Shown here in pieces: positions 56,803 through 64,000 of a stretch of DNA of 64,000 bases. The first letter of the stretch is position 1, and the number at the start of each line of letters is the position of its first letter. The stretch spans positions 146,508 to 210,507 of the forward strand of contig JANLIT010000002.1 in the NCBI GenBank assembly GCA_024653945.1, written 5' to 3'. The position numbers and the translations under genes were made by a program. This DNA is from Candidatus Campbellbacteria bacterium (lineage in GTDB: Bacteria; Patescibacteriota; Minisyncoccia; Phycocordibacterales; EsbW-18). The notes beneath the pieces are model-generated. The model was not told where the DNA came from and did no database searches. It saw only the letters and a program-made list of their open reading frames with translations.

Positions 56803-57411
56803 ATGTCTGAAACCATTATTGTTATTGCTATTGTAATGTTGTCTGTCGTTTTGCACGAAGTGGCGCATGGCTACATGGCAAATGCATTAGGCGACCCGAC
56901 CGCACGACTCGCTGGTCGTCTCACACTCAATCCAATTTCTCACCTTGACCTCATTGGTTCTATTATTGTTCCAACCGTCACATGGCTTTCGGGAGGATTT
57001 ATTTTTGGATGGGCAAAACCGGTTCCATACAATCCGTACAATTTGCGTGCGGGGAAGTGGAGCGAAGCGTACGTTGCCCTTGCTGGTCCTGCAACCAATC
57101 TTCTCCTTGCTCTTATTTTTGGTTTACTCGTTCGTTTTGCGGGAGGGGTACTTCCTCAGGGCGTTCTCTCTGTCGCAGTTCTTGTTGTGGTGACCAATAT
57201 TGCGCTGATGGTATTTAACCTTATCCCTGTACCACCATTGGATGGTTCAAAGGTGCTTATGGCTGTACTCCCACTCCAGTGGGCATCACGTTTTCAGCAA
57301 ATTGAACGATTTGGGTTTATTTTTGTGTTTATTGTGGTTATCGTCGGATGGCGTTTCATTGCGCCCCTCGTCGGCTTCTTGTTTACCCTTATTACCGGCA
57401 TTTCTTTTTAA
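56803..57411 (+). CDS. Site-2 protease family (peptidase M50) membrane metalloprotease
   Basis: HEVAHG (HExxH) in TM1. LDG in a later TM. About 6 TM. Confidence 0.8.
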   Translation: MSETIIVIAIVMLSVVLHEVAHGYMANALGDPTARLAGRLTLNPISHLDLIGSIIVPTVTWLSGGFIFGWAKPVPYNPYNLRAGKWSEAYVALAGPATNLLLALIFGLLVRFAGGVLPQGVLSVAVLVVVTNIALMVFNLIPVPPLDGSKVLMAVLPLQWASRFQQIERFGFIFVFIVVIVGWRFIAPLVGFLFTLITGISF

Positions 57412-57523
57412 ATCAGGCGGGTCCCCCAAGGGGATTGCGATTTGCAACCCTGCTGTGCAGGGGCAAATCGGGAACTTGCACGAGGGCTCTTTCTATAGTA
57501 TTCTCCCTGAAGCCGCTCCTGCG

Positions 57524-57543
57524 CCTGCCTGCCGGCAGGCAGG
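57524..57543. repeat. REP-like 20-nt palindrome (copy 3), followed by a T-run
   Basis: cctgcctgccggcaggcagg then gatttttt. Confidence 0.75.
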
Positions 57544-57651
57544 GATTTTTTAAACCGGACCCCGCACTCTCAGAGTGGTAGGGGAAAGAAAAAAAGAGTG
57601 CGGGATGACGACTTTGAAAGTCTCGCCTCGCTCACTAACAAAGTCAGCCAC

Positions 57652-58068
57652 ATGTCTACAATCAACCAACTCATACGAAAGAATCGAAAGAAATCAGCTC
57701 GTAAGACAAAGACGACTGCTCTTGGTCGTGGTTTTAACACACTTGAGAACCGACCATCACGATACCCATCTCCATTTAAGCGTGGTGTGTGTACACAAGT
57801 GAAGACAACAACCCCAAAGAAACCAAACTCGGCTATTCGAAAAATTGCGCGTGTACGATTGACGAACGGTCAGGAAGTAACGGCGTACATTCCAGGAATG
57901 GGACACAAGTTGCAGGAACACTCGGTGGTGCTGTTGCGAGGCGGTCGTGTAAAAGACATCGGAGTTCGTTACACTATTGTTCGTGGAACATTTGATGCTG
58001 AAGGAGTAGAGAAGCGAAGAAAAGGACGAAGTCACTATGGGGCAAAAAGACCAAAAGTAACCAAATAA
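57652..58068 (+). CDS. rpsL: 30S ribosomal protein S12
   Basis: [10 protein letters not shown]...[54 protein letters not shown]. Confidence 0.9.
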   Translation: MSTINQLIRKNRKKSARKTKTTALGRGFNTLENRPSRYPSPFKRGVCTQVKTTTPKKPNSAIRKIARVRLTNGQEVTAYIPGMGHKLQEHSVVLLRGGRVKDIGVRYTIVRGTFDAEGVEKRRKGRSHYGAKRPKVTK

Positions 58069-58070
58069 GC

Positions 58071-58096
58071 ACAAAATCCAAAGCACAAAGCTCAAA
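58071..58096 (+). repeat. AAAATCCAAAGCACAAAGCTCAAAAG module between rpsL and rpsG (gene-less copy)
   Basis: Followed 28 nt later by ttttttggatttt (inverted sub-module). Confidence 0.6.
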
Positions 58097-58169
58097 AGAA
58101 CTTTAAATTATAAACAATCAAACATTTTTTGGATTTTAAATTTTGAACTTCGAATTTTAACTCATCATT

Positions 58170-58667
58170 ATGCGTCGCAAACTAAAAGAACGAGAAAAAC
58201 ACCCAATGCTTCCAGACCGAGTGTACCACTCAGTTACGGTCAGTAAGCTTATTGCGCACGTGATTAAAGATGGAAAGAAGAGTGTTGCTCAAAAGCTTGT
58301 GTATGATGCATTTGATATTTTGAAGACAAAGAACAACATTGAAGATCCTTCGGCATTTTTGGAACAAACAATTCAAAGTGTTGCGCCAACAATGGAAGTT
58401 CGCTCACGACGTGTGGGAGGTGCAAACTACCAGGTTCCTCATCCGGTTCGTCCCGCACGACAATTGGCCCTCGCACTTCGCTGGATTCTTGAAGGCGCTC
58501 GTGCAAAGAAAGGTGCAGATTTTGCAACACGACTCGCAGGAGAATTGCTTGCCGCAAGTAAAGGGGAGGGAGGTGCCATGGCAAAGCGTGACAACGTTCA
58601 CAAAATGGCAGAAGCCAACAAAGCATTTGCTCACTTCGCACTTGCGAGACCGAAAAAAAGAACGTAG
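58170..58667 (+). CDS. rpsG: 30S ribosomal protein S7
   Basis: VAPTMEVRSRRVGGANYQVP...ALRWI is the S7 core. Confidence 0.9.
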   Translation: MRRKLKEREKHPMLPDRVYHSVTVSKLIAHVIKDGKKSVAQKLVYDAFDILKTKNNIEDPSAFLEQTIQSVAPTMEVRSRRVGGANYQVPHPVRPARQLALALRWILEGARAKKGADFATRLAGELLAASKGEGGAMAKRDNVHKMAEANKAFAHFALARPKKRT

Positions 58668-58686
58668 TCATCATTTTTTCAAACAC

Positions 58687-58710
58687 GAAAACCGCCAACT
58701 GGCGGTTTTT
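58687..58710. terminator. Rho-independent terminator
   Basis: aaaaccgccaactggcggtttttt. Confidence 0.75.
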
Positions 58711-58783
58711 TGTTGACATAAATATCGAGAAAGAGTAGTGTGTTTTTAGGTTTTGTACTCTGTCTACAAAGAAAGGAAAAACA

Positions 58784-59068
58784 ATGACCACCGTTTCGCT
58801 GGAAAAGCTTCGAGAGGCCGTCGACTTTCTCAAGGGGGAAGAAGAAAGACTTCGACAGGTTTGTAAGCGAGCCTGTTACTGCGAAGAGAATCACATGGAT
58901 CTCAAAGGGGCGTGCCACCATTGCAACACTCACGGTCTCGTTTTCGATCTTGCGAAGACGGGTGGAAAAATTCTCGAGATGGAGACGGAGGAATTCCACA
59001 TCGAAGCACCGACCTTTCTCGCTCGTGTGCAGAAGCAGTTTCCTAAGGCAGCCGCAGCGGCTATCTGA
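58784..59068 (+). CDS. Hypothetical Cys/His-rich small protein inserted between rpsG and fusA (GC-rich)
   Basis: 94 aa with CYCEENH...CHHCNTHG (putative Zn site). Followed by a hairpin and a REP-like palindrome. Confidence 0.5.
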   Translation: MTTVSLEKLREAVDFLKGEEERLRQVCKRACYCEENHMDLKGACHHCNTHGLVFDLAKTGGKILEMETEEFHIEAPTFLARVQKQFPKAAAAAI

Positions 59069-59218
59069 GTCTGGTAGTCGCACCCCGCGAGCTCATATGA
59101 GCGAGCGGGGTTTCTTCATACCTATATATTTTTTCTCGTGTACATTGCCAAAAAGTCCAATGGTGCTATAGTGTCGTTGCCCGTGTGGGCGTTTTTATAT
59201 CATTGTTATTCCAACATC

Positions 59219-59238
59219 CCTGCCTGCCGGCAGGCAGG
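59219..59238. repeat. REP-like 20-nt palindrome (copy 4, inverted flank orientation relative to copy 1)
   Basis: ccaacatcc-cctgcctgccggcaggcagg-taacttccaac. Confidence 0.75.
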
Positions 59239-59369
59239 TAACTTCCAACTTCTAACCTCTACTTTATATGGACCGCGACTATCCTCTAGAAAAAGTACGT
59301 AACCCCGCACCAACGCAATGCGTGGTACGGGGCATGCTTCGGTATCAACATGTTCTAAATCATTAAACT

Positions 59370-61514
59370 ATGAATAGAGATTACCCACTTGAGAAAGTAA
59401 GAAATTTTGGAATTGTGGCGCACATTGACGCAGGAAAAACAACCGTGTCTGAGCGCGTGCTTTTTTATACAGGAGTGTCTCACAAAATTGGTGAAGTGCA
59501 TGAAGGAGATACCGTCATGGATTGGATGGACCAAGAGCGTGAACGTGGTATTACGATTACCGCCGCGGCAACGACGTGTTTTTGGACACCGTCGTATGAC
59601 ACGACGAACACGGCACTCAAGCACCGATTCAATCTTATTGATACCCCAGGACACATTGACTTTACGATTGAAGTGAAGCGCTCTCTCCGTGTGTTGGATG
59701 GTGCCGTTGTGGTATTTGACGGTGTGTCAGGAGTTGAACCACAGTCAGAAACAAACTGGCGTTATGCAGAAGAAGGAAAGGTGCCACGTATGTGTTTCAT
59801 CAACAAGTTGGACCGCATTGGTGCATCATTTGAACGCTCATACGCCTCTATTCTTGACCGCCTCACCAAGGACGCAGTTCGCATGCAAATTCCAATTGGT
59901 GAGGAAGAAAAACATGAAGGTGTGATTGATTTGCTCACGATGCGCGCATTTTATTTTGAAGGAGATAAAGGTAGTGTTCTCCGACAAGATGACATTCCTG
60001 AAAACTTAAAAGCAGACGCAGAAAAATATCGTCACGAACTTATTGAAAAAATTGTCTCCGAGGATGAAGCACTCATGCATCTGTACTTGGAAGGAAAAGA
60101 AATTCCACTTGCCGAACTAAAAGCGGTGCTTCGCAAGGCGGTTATTGCAAACCTCATCATTCCGGTGTTCACTGGTTCTGCGCTCAAAAACAAAGGTGTT
60201 CAATTAGTACTTGATGCGGTTATTGATTACCTCCCATCACCGCTTGATATTCCTCCCGCAAAAGGAATTGACCCAAATACAAATGAAGAAATTGTTCGTC
60301 ATGCGTCCGATGAAGAACCCTTCGCAGCTCTCGCATTTAAGGTGCAATCAGATCCATTCATTGGTCAGCTTACATTCTTCCGCGTGTACTCAGGTTCCCT
60401 TGAAGCCGGTTCGTATGTGTATAACGCTACAAAAGAAACAAAAGAGCGCGTTGGGCGTATTGTGCGTTTGCATGCAAACGATCGAGAAGAAGTGAAGAAA
60501 GTGTTTGCTGGAGAAATCGCAGCAGCGGTTGGACTTAAGGACACAAAAACATCCGATACGCTCTGTGATGAAGAGCACCCAATTATTCTTGAACGAATTA
60601 AAATTCCCGAACCAGTTATCTCTCTCCGTATTGAACCAAAAACAAAGGCAGACCAAGAAAAACTCGGCATGGCACTCAAACGTCTTTCGGATGAAGACCC
60701 AACCTTCCGCGTAACATCAGATCCAGAAACACTCGAAACCATCATTGCGGGCATGGGCGAATTGCACCTTGAAGTGCTTGTTGAACGCATGCGTCGTGAA
60801 TTTTCAGTTGATGCGAACGTTGGTAAGCCACAGGTGGCCTATCGTGAAACGATTCTCGGGGAAGCAGATGTTGAAAATAAATATGTTAAACAAACTGGTG
60901 GAAAAGGTCAGTATGGTCACGTGAAGATTAAAGTGAAGCCGATGGACACATCTATAAAAGATGAAGATTTGCCAAAGAACACAAAGCGAGATGAGGGATT
61001 TGAATTCATCAACAGCATCAAAGGAGGTGTTATTCCACAAGAATTTATTCCAGCAGTTCAGAAAGGACTTCGCGAAGCGATGGACCGAGGTATTGTGGCT
61101 GGTTATCGCATGGTGAACGTGTCCGTTGAACTCTATGATGGTTCGTACCACGATGTGGACTCATCTGAAATTGCGTTCAAGATTGCTGCATCACAGGCGT
61201 TACAAGAAGCTGCACGAAAATCACGCCCCGTGCTTCTTGAACCAATTATGAAAATTGAAGTGGTTATTCCAGAGCAATTCATGGGGGACATCACCGGAAA
61301 CCTTTCATCAAAGCGTGGACAAATTGAAGGGATGGAAGACCGCGGTCAGCTCAAAGTGGTTCGTGCGTTTGTTCCACTCTCTGAAATGTTTGGATACAGT
61401 ACAGCGCTTCGTTCTATGACGGAAGGACGTGGAAACTCAACAATGGAATTTGACCACTACGAAGTGGTTCCTGACAGCGTCGCAAAAGCAATTATTGAAC
61501 AGCGAGCAAAGTGA
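59370..61514 (+). CDS. fusA: Elongation factor G
   Basis: [10 protein letters not shown]1 motif, DTPGH, NKLD, domains II-V. 714 aa. Confidence 0.95.
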   Translation: MNRDYPLEKVRNFGIVAHIDAGKTTVSERVLFYTGVSHKIGEVHEGDTVMDWMDQERERGITITAAATTCFWTPSYDTTNTALKHRFNLIDTPGHIDFTIEVKRSLRVLDGAVVVFDGVSGVEPQSETNWRYAEEGKVPRMCFINKLDRIGASFERSYASILDRLTKDAVRMQIPIGEEEKHEGVIDLLTMRAFYFEGDKGSVLRQDDIPENLKADAEKYRHELIEKIVSEDEALMHLYLEGKEIPLAELKAVLRKAVIANLIIPVFTGSALKNKGVQLVLDAVIDYLPSPLDIPPAKGIDPNTNEEIVRHASDEEPFAALAFKVQSDPFIGQLTFFRVYSGSLEAGSYVYNATKETKERVGRIVRLHANDREEVKKVFAGEIAAAVGLKDTKTSDTLCDEEHPIILERIKIPEPVISLRIEPKTKADQEKLGMALKRLSDEDPTFRVTSDPETLETIIAGMGELHLEVLVERMRREFSVDANVGKPQVAYRETILGEADVENKYVKQTGGKGQYGHVKIKVKPMDTSIKDEDLPKNTKRDEGFEFINSIKGGVIPQEFIPAVQKGLREAMDRGIVAGYRMVNVSVELYDGSYHDVDSSEIAFKIAASQALQEAARKSRPVLLEPIMKIEVVIPEQFMGDITGNLSSKRGQIEGMEDRGQLKVVRAFVPLSEMFGYSTALRSMTEGRGNSTMEFDHYEVVPDSVAKAIIEQRAK

Positions 61515-61639
61515 TAGTTGCACGTCGTTGATGATGTGTTACTCTCAACAAAGGTTCTTTTTCTTGGAGACGGGAGGTGCTCATAAAACACCGCAGTGAG
61601 TGCGGCAGTGCGGCAAAACCTGTGAGGATTGCCGTTCGT

Positions 61640-61674
61640 GCGCCAGTGGGTAACCACTGGCGCATTTTCTTTTT
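61640..61674. terminator. Rho-independent terminator
   Basis: gcgccagtgggtaaccactggcgc followed by attttcttttt. Confidence 0.7.
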
Positions 61675-62053
61675 ATTATATTTTTAACAAATTGACTTCC
61701 ATGATAGTGAGGCGTATCGTCGTTTTTAGGCAGTTCTTACAGACAAGTCGGAGAAAGGGCTCCCATGAAGAACCTTTTAAGGGAAACTGCAATTCTCTTC
61801 AAGCTTCTGGTTTTTGTTTCTCTTGCCTTGGTATATGTACTTGTCGTTGGCATTCCTGCCAGCGCAAAACGAGCCTAGGAGCGTTCCCACTAGCACCGGA
61901 GCCGTCCACAGTACGTTCAACTCACCCCGCCAAGGCAGGGTGATTTTTTAACAGTCCAACACACTTTTTACGGTCTTCTAAACGAGATATCCACTGTTAA
62001 GCCATTATTAAGAGAAATGAACTCAATAGTGCTTTATACTTGTAGGTAGCTCT

Positions 62054-64000
62054 ATGAGTCAGCCACTTTTCATTGAAAATAAGAAATTTATATCGACAAA
62101 GGAGGCGTCGAAACTGTCTGGTTATACCAGTGACTATATTGAACAGCTCAGTCGAGCGGGAAAAATCGAGTCAATGCTCGTGGGTCACGTTCGACTTGTT
62201 GAAGAAAAAAGCTTTCTTGCGTTTGTGGTGGGGGCAGAATATAAAGGTTTCGGCACACCTGCCCCCACTCTAGCTTCTGTAGAAGAATTTCCTGTTTTGA
62301 CGGACACACCAGAGACACTTGACGTACCGCATCCAGTCACCACAACTCCTACGCCTGCACACAACATAGCATCACCATATCGTTCTCCTAAAAAACTTCC
62401 AGCAGCCAGCACGCTCGTTGGCATATTTTTTATTTTGCTTGGACTCTTTGCACTTGAAACACATCCTGCATACGCACGCAAAACATATGACACACTCGCT
62501 CGCGTACCACACACGGTTCTTTCTTTAGAGGGAGTTGTTGTGAAGATACTTGCAGATGGAACTCGCGACACACTCAACATGACAGTAAGAGGTTTTGAAA
62601 CGTTTGCACGCACAGCACCACGACAGACATACAACACTCTTGCAGAAGTACCGAACACCGTCCTTACTTTTGTCACACACCCAATAAAAACAATTCAGGC
62701 AGTTGTACAGAACATACACACTTTTGCACGGACTCTCGTTAATATCAACTCTACGATTACGGGCATGTATACCACTGGTGCAGAAAAAACAGTAGCCCTG
62801 ACACTTGGGGGTTTTGATACCGTTGTGAGTGCAACACAACAACTTGCTCGAAACACACAATCGGTTTTCAAGAAAAGCCTTGCAGCTGTCGCGGAAAGTT
62901 TTAATGCGCCAAGTGTGGGCACTACCACACCAAGCACACCAACTTTTTTTGAAAGAATGGGGATTTTTTTTGGAAGAGTACGACTTGCACTACGCTCGTG
63001 GCTTGGTATCACCAATACACCACAGACCGTCATCAATCTGCCCTCAAACACTTCGCCAACCCTACCACCGTCGACAGTGACACAACCAATAGTGCAAGGA
63101 CCAGAGCGCACGATTGAAACACGCACCATCACAACCAATACCGTCTCCGGCATCACTTTTCTCGACATGACGAATGCCATTTCTGGACTTCGCGCAGAAC
63201 TGCTTCCTAAAATTAGAATCGCAGCTCTGTCTCCTGATAATCGTTCTCCCGACAACTTTCTCGAACTCTCCGGCGGTACACTCACGGGCACACTCACCGG
63301 CACATCACTGTCACTCTCAAACAACCTCTCTGCTCTTTCTGCCAACATTGATAGCGGAACCCTCGTTATTGATGACATAAACAATCGTGTTGGCGTTGGC
63401 ACGACCTCTCCAACCGACACGTTATCAGTCAACGGTCCTGTGTATCTTGTAAATACCACCCCAGGAGCAACAGGAAACCGACTCTACTCTGATTCGTTGG
63501 GCGACCTCTACTGGAGTGGCAACCTTGTTGGTGGTGGCGCTGTCGGTACATGGACATCTGCAGGTGGTGATGTGTACCGCCCAACGGGCAACGTCGGCAT
63601 CGGCACCACTTCCCCATATGCCAAGCTCTCCGTTGCAGGTGACCTCGCGCTTACCGGCGGTTTGTATGACAACAATGCAACGCGTGGCACAAACGGTGCA
63701 GTACTCTGGTCAACAGGTACCGGACTCACATGGGTCGCCACCACCACCCTTGGTCTCGCGGGATTTCCTGTCGACTACATCAATTCGTCATCCACGATTG
63801 CCCATGCAGGCAACGCATCACTTGGCAACCTCATCCAGTGGAATGGCAGTGCGTGGGTTGCGACAGCAACATCGACACTCAACGTACTGCACTCGTCTCT
63901 CGCAGGATTACTCACTGACGATCACACCCAGTACGCCTTGCTTGCAGGACGTTCTGGCGGACAAACGCTTGTTGGTGGTACATCTGGCTCGGCGACATTG
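62054..64000 (+). CDS. Large surface protein, partial (3' end outside the window): N-terminal HTH-like segment, one TM, then tail-fibre-like Gly/Thr-rich repeats
   Basis: Open frame from the ATG at 62054 to the window end with no stop. STKEASKLSGYTSDYIEQLSRAGKI is HTH-like. TM LVGIFFILLGLFAL. Repeats of the form VGIGTTSP.AKLSV / VGVGTTSPTDTLSV. Confidence 0.6.
   Translation, partial: MSQPLFIENKKFISTKEASKLSGYTSDYIEQLSRAGKIESMLVGHVRLVEEKSFLAFVVGAEYKGFGTPAPTLASVEEFPVLTDTPETLDVPHPVTTTPTPAHNIASPYRSPKKLPAASTLVGIFFILLGLFALETHPAYARKTYDTLARVPHTVLSLEGVVVKILADGTRDTLNMTVRGFETFARTAPRQTYNTLAEVPNTVLTFVTHPIKTIQAVVQNIHTFARTLVNINSTITGMYTTGAEKTVALTLGGFDTVVSATQQLARNTQSVFKKSLAAVAESFNAPSVGTTTPSTPTFFERMGIFFGRVRLALRSWLGITNTPQTVINLPSNTSPTLPPSTVTQPIVQGPERTIETRTITTNTVSGITFLDMTNAISGLRAELLPKIRIAALSPDNRSPDNFLELSGGTLTGTLTGTSLSLSNNLSALSANIDSGTLVIDDINNRVGVGTTSPTDTLSVNGPVYLVNTTPGATGNRLYSDSLGDLYWSGNLVGGGAVGTWTSAGGDVYRPTGNVGIGTTSPYAKLSVAGDLALTGGLYDNNATRGTNGAVLWSTGTGLTWVATTTLGLAGFPVDYINSSSTIAHAGNASLGNLIQWNGSAWVATATSTLNVLHSSLAGLLTDDHTQYALLAGRSGGQTLVGGTSGSATL

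Noticed and set aside
1-64000. CRISPR arrays, integrases, transposases, restriction-modification genes
   Set aside because: The window was scanned for direct-repeat/spacer periodicity and for the hallmark protein motifs of these families. None were found.

Overview
This 64 kb window reads as a contiguous chromosomal segment of a small-genome bacterium. Housekeeping genes use AT-leaning codons and mostly lack Shine-Dalgarno sequences. The architecture is compatible with a CPR/Patescibacteria-like organism, but that cannot be confirmed from sequence alone.

Recognisable content:
- Replication/repair and translation genes: polA C-terminus, ruvA, ruvX, recJ, rnhA, lexA, rpsT, rplS, rpmB, rpsL-rpsG-fusA.
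- Seven tRNA genes: Lys-TTT, Ser-TGA, Arg-GCG, Arg-TCT, Val-TAC, Leu-GAG, His-GTG.
- Two type IV pilus / competence-like clusters (pilMNO; pilB-pilC plus three prepilin-type proteins) and a ComEC gene whose metallo-beta-lactamase domain is encoded separately 5 kb downstream.
- A ~12 kb copper/thiol-redox locus carrying two CsoR-type operators: csoR-copA-DUF305 ... DUF1573, ccdA, YHS, HMA-membrane protein, dsbB, yceI, SIMPL.
- A Doc-family toxin / HTH antitoxin pair with a perfect 30-bp palindromic operator next to tRNA-His.
- Glycolytic tpiA-pgk, sodA, murE.

Above this backbone sit three kinds of structure that the gene calls do not explain:
1. At least eight compositionally distinct, GC-rich insertions. 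All carry strong Shine-Dalgarno sites. They include a ParB-like protein with an N-terminal 8-Cys cluster beside an FG-GAP repeat secreted protein, a GC-rich pyrF, and small Cys/His- or Arg-rich ORFans, one of which sits between rpsG and fusA.
2. Several short repeat families:
   - a perfect 20-nt palindrome CCTGCCTGCCGGCAGGCAGG (four copies);
   - a GAACTTTTG..CAAAAGTTC palindrome with a conserved flank upstream of pilB and pilC;
   - a tandem (T)GTTACATGCTACA motif that overlaps three start codons;
   - an AAAATCCAAAGCACAAAGCTCAAAA module that brackets a four-helix-bundle (rRNA-IVS-type) gene and recurs near ribosomal-protein genes.
3. A ~150-nt noncoding leader duplicated at ~85% identity upstream of two paralogous tRNA-Arg genes, a duplicated tRNA-Val 3' end, and a pentapeptide-repeat gene interrupted by an in-frame TAA.

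No CRISPR array, integrase or transposase was seen.
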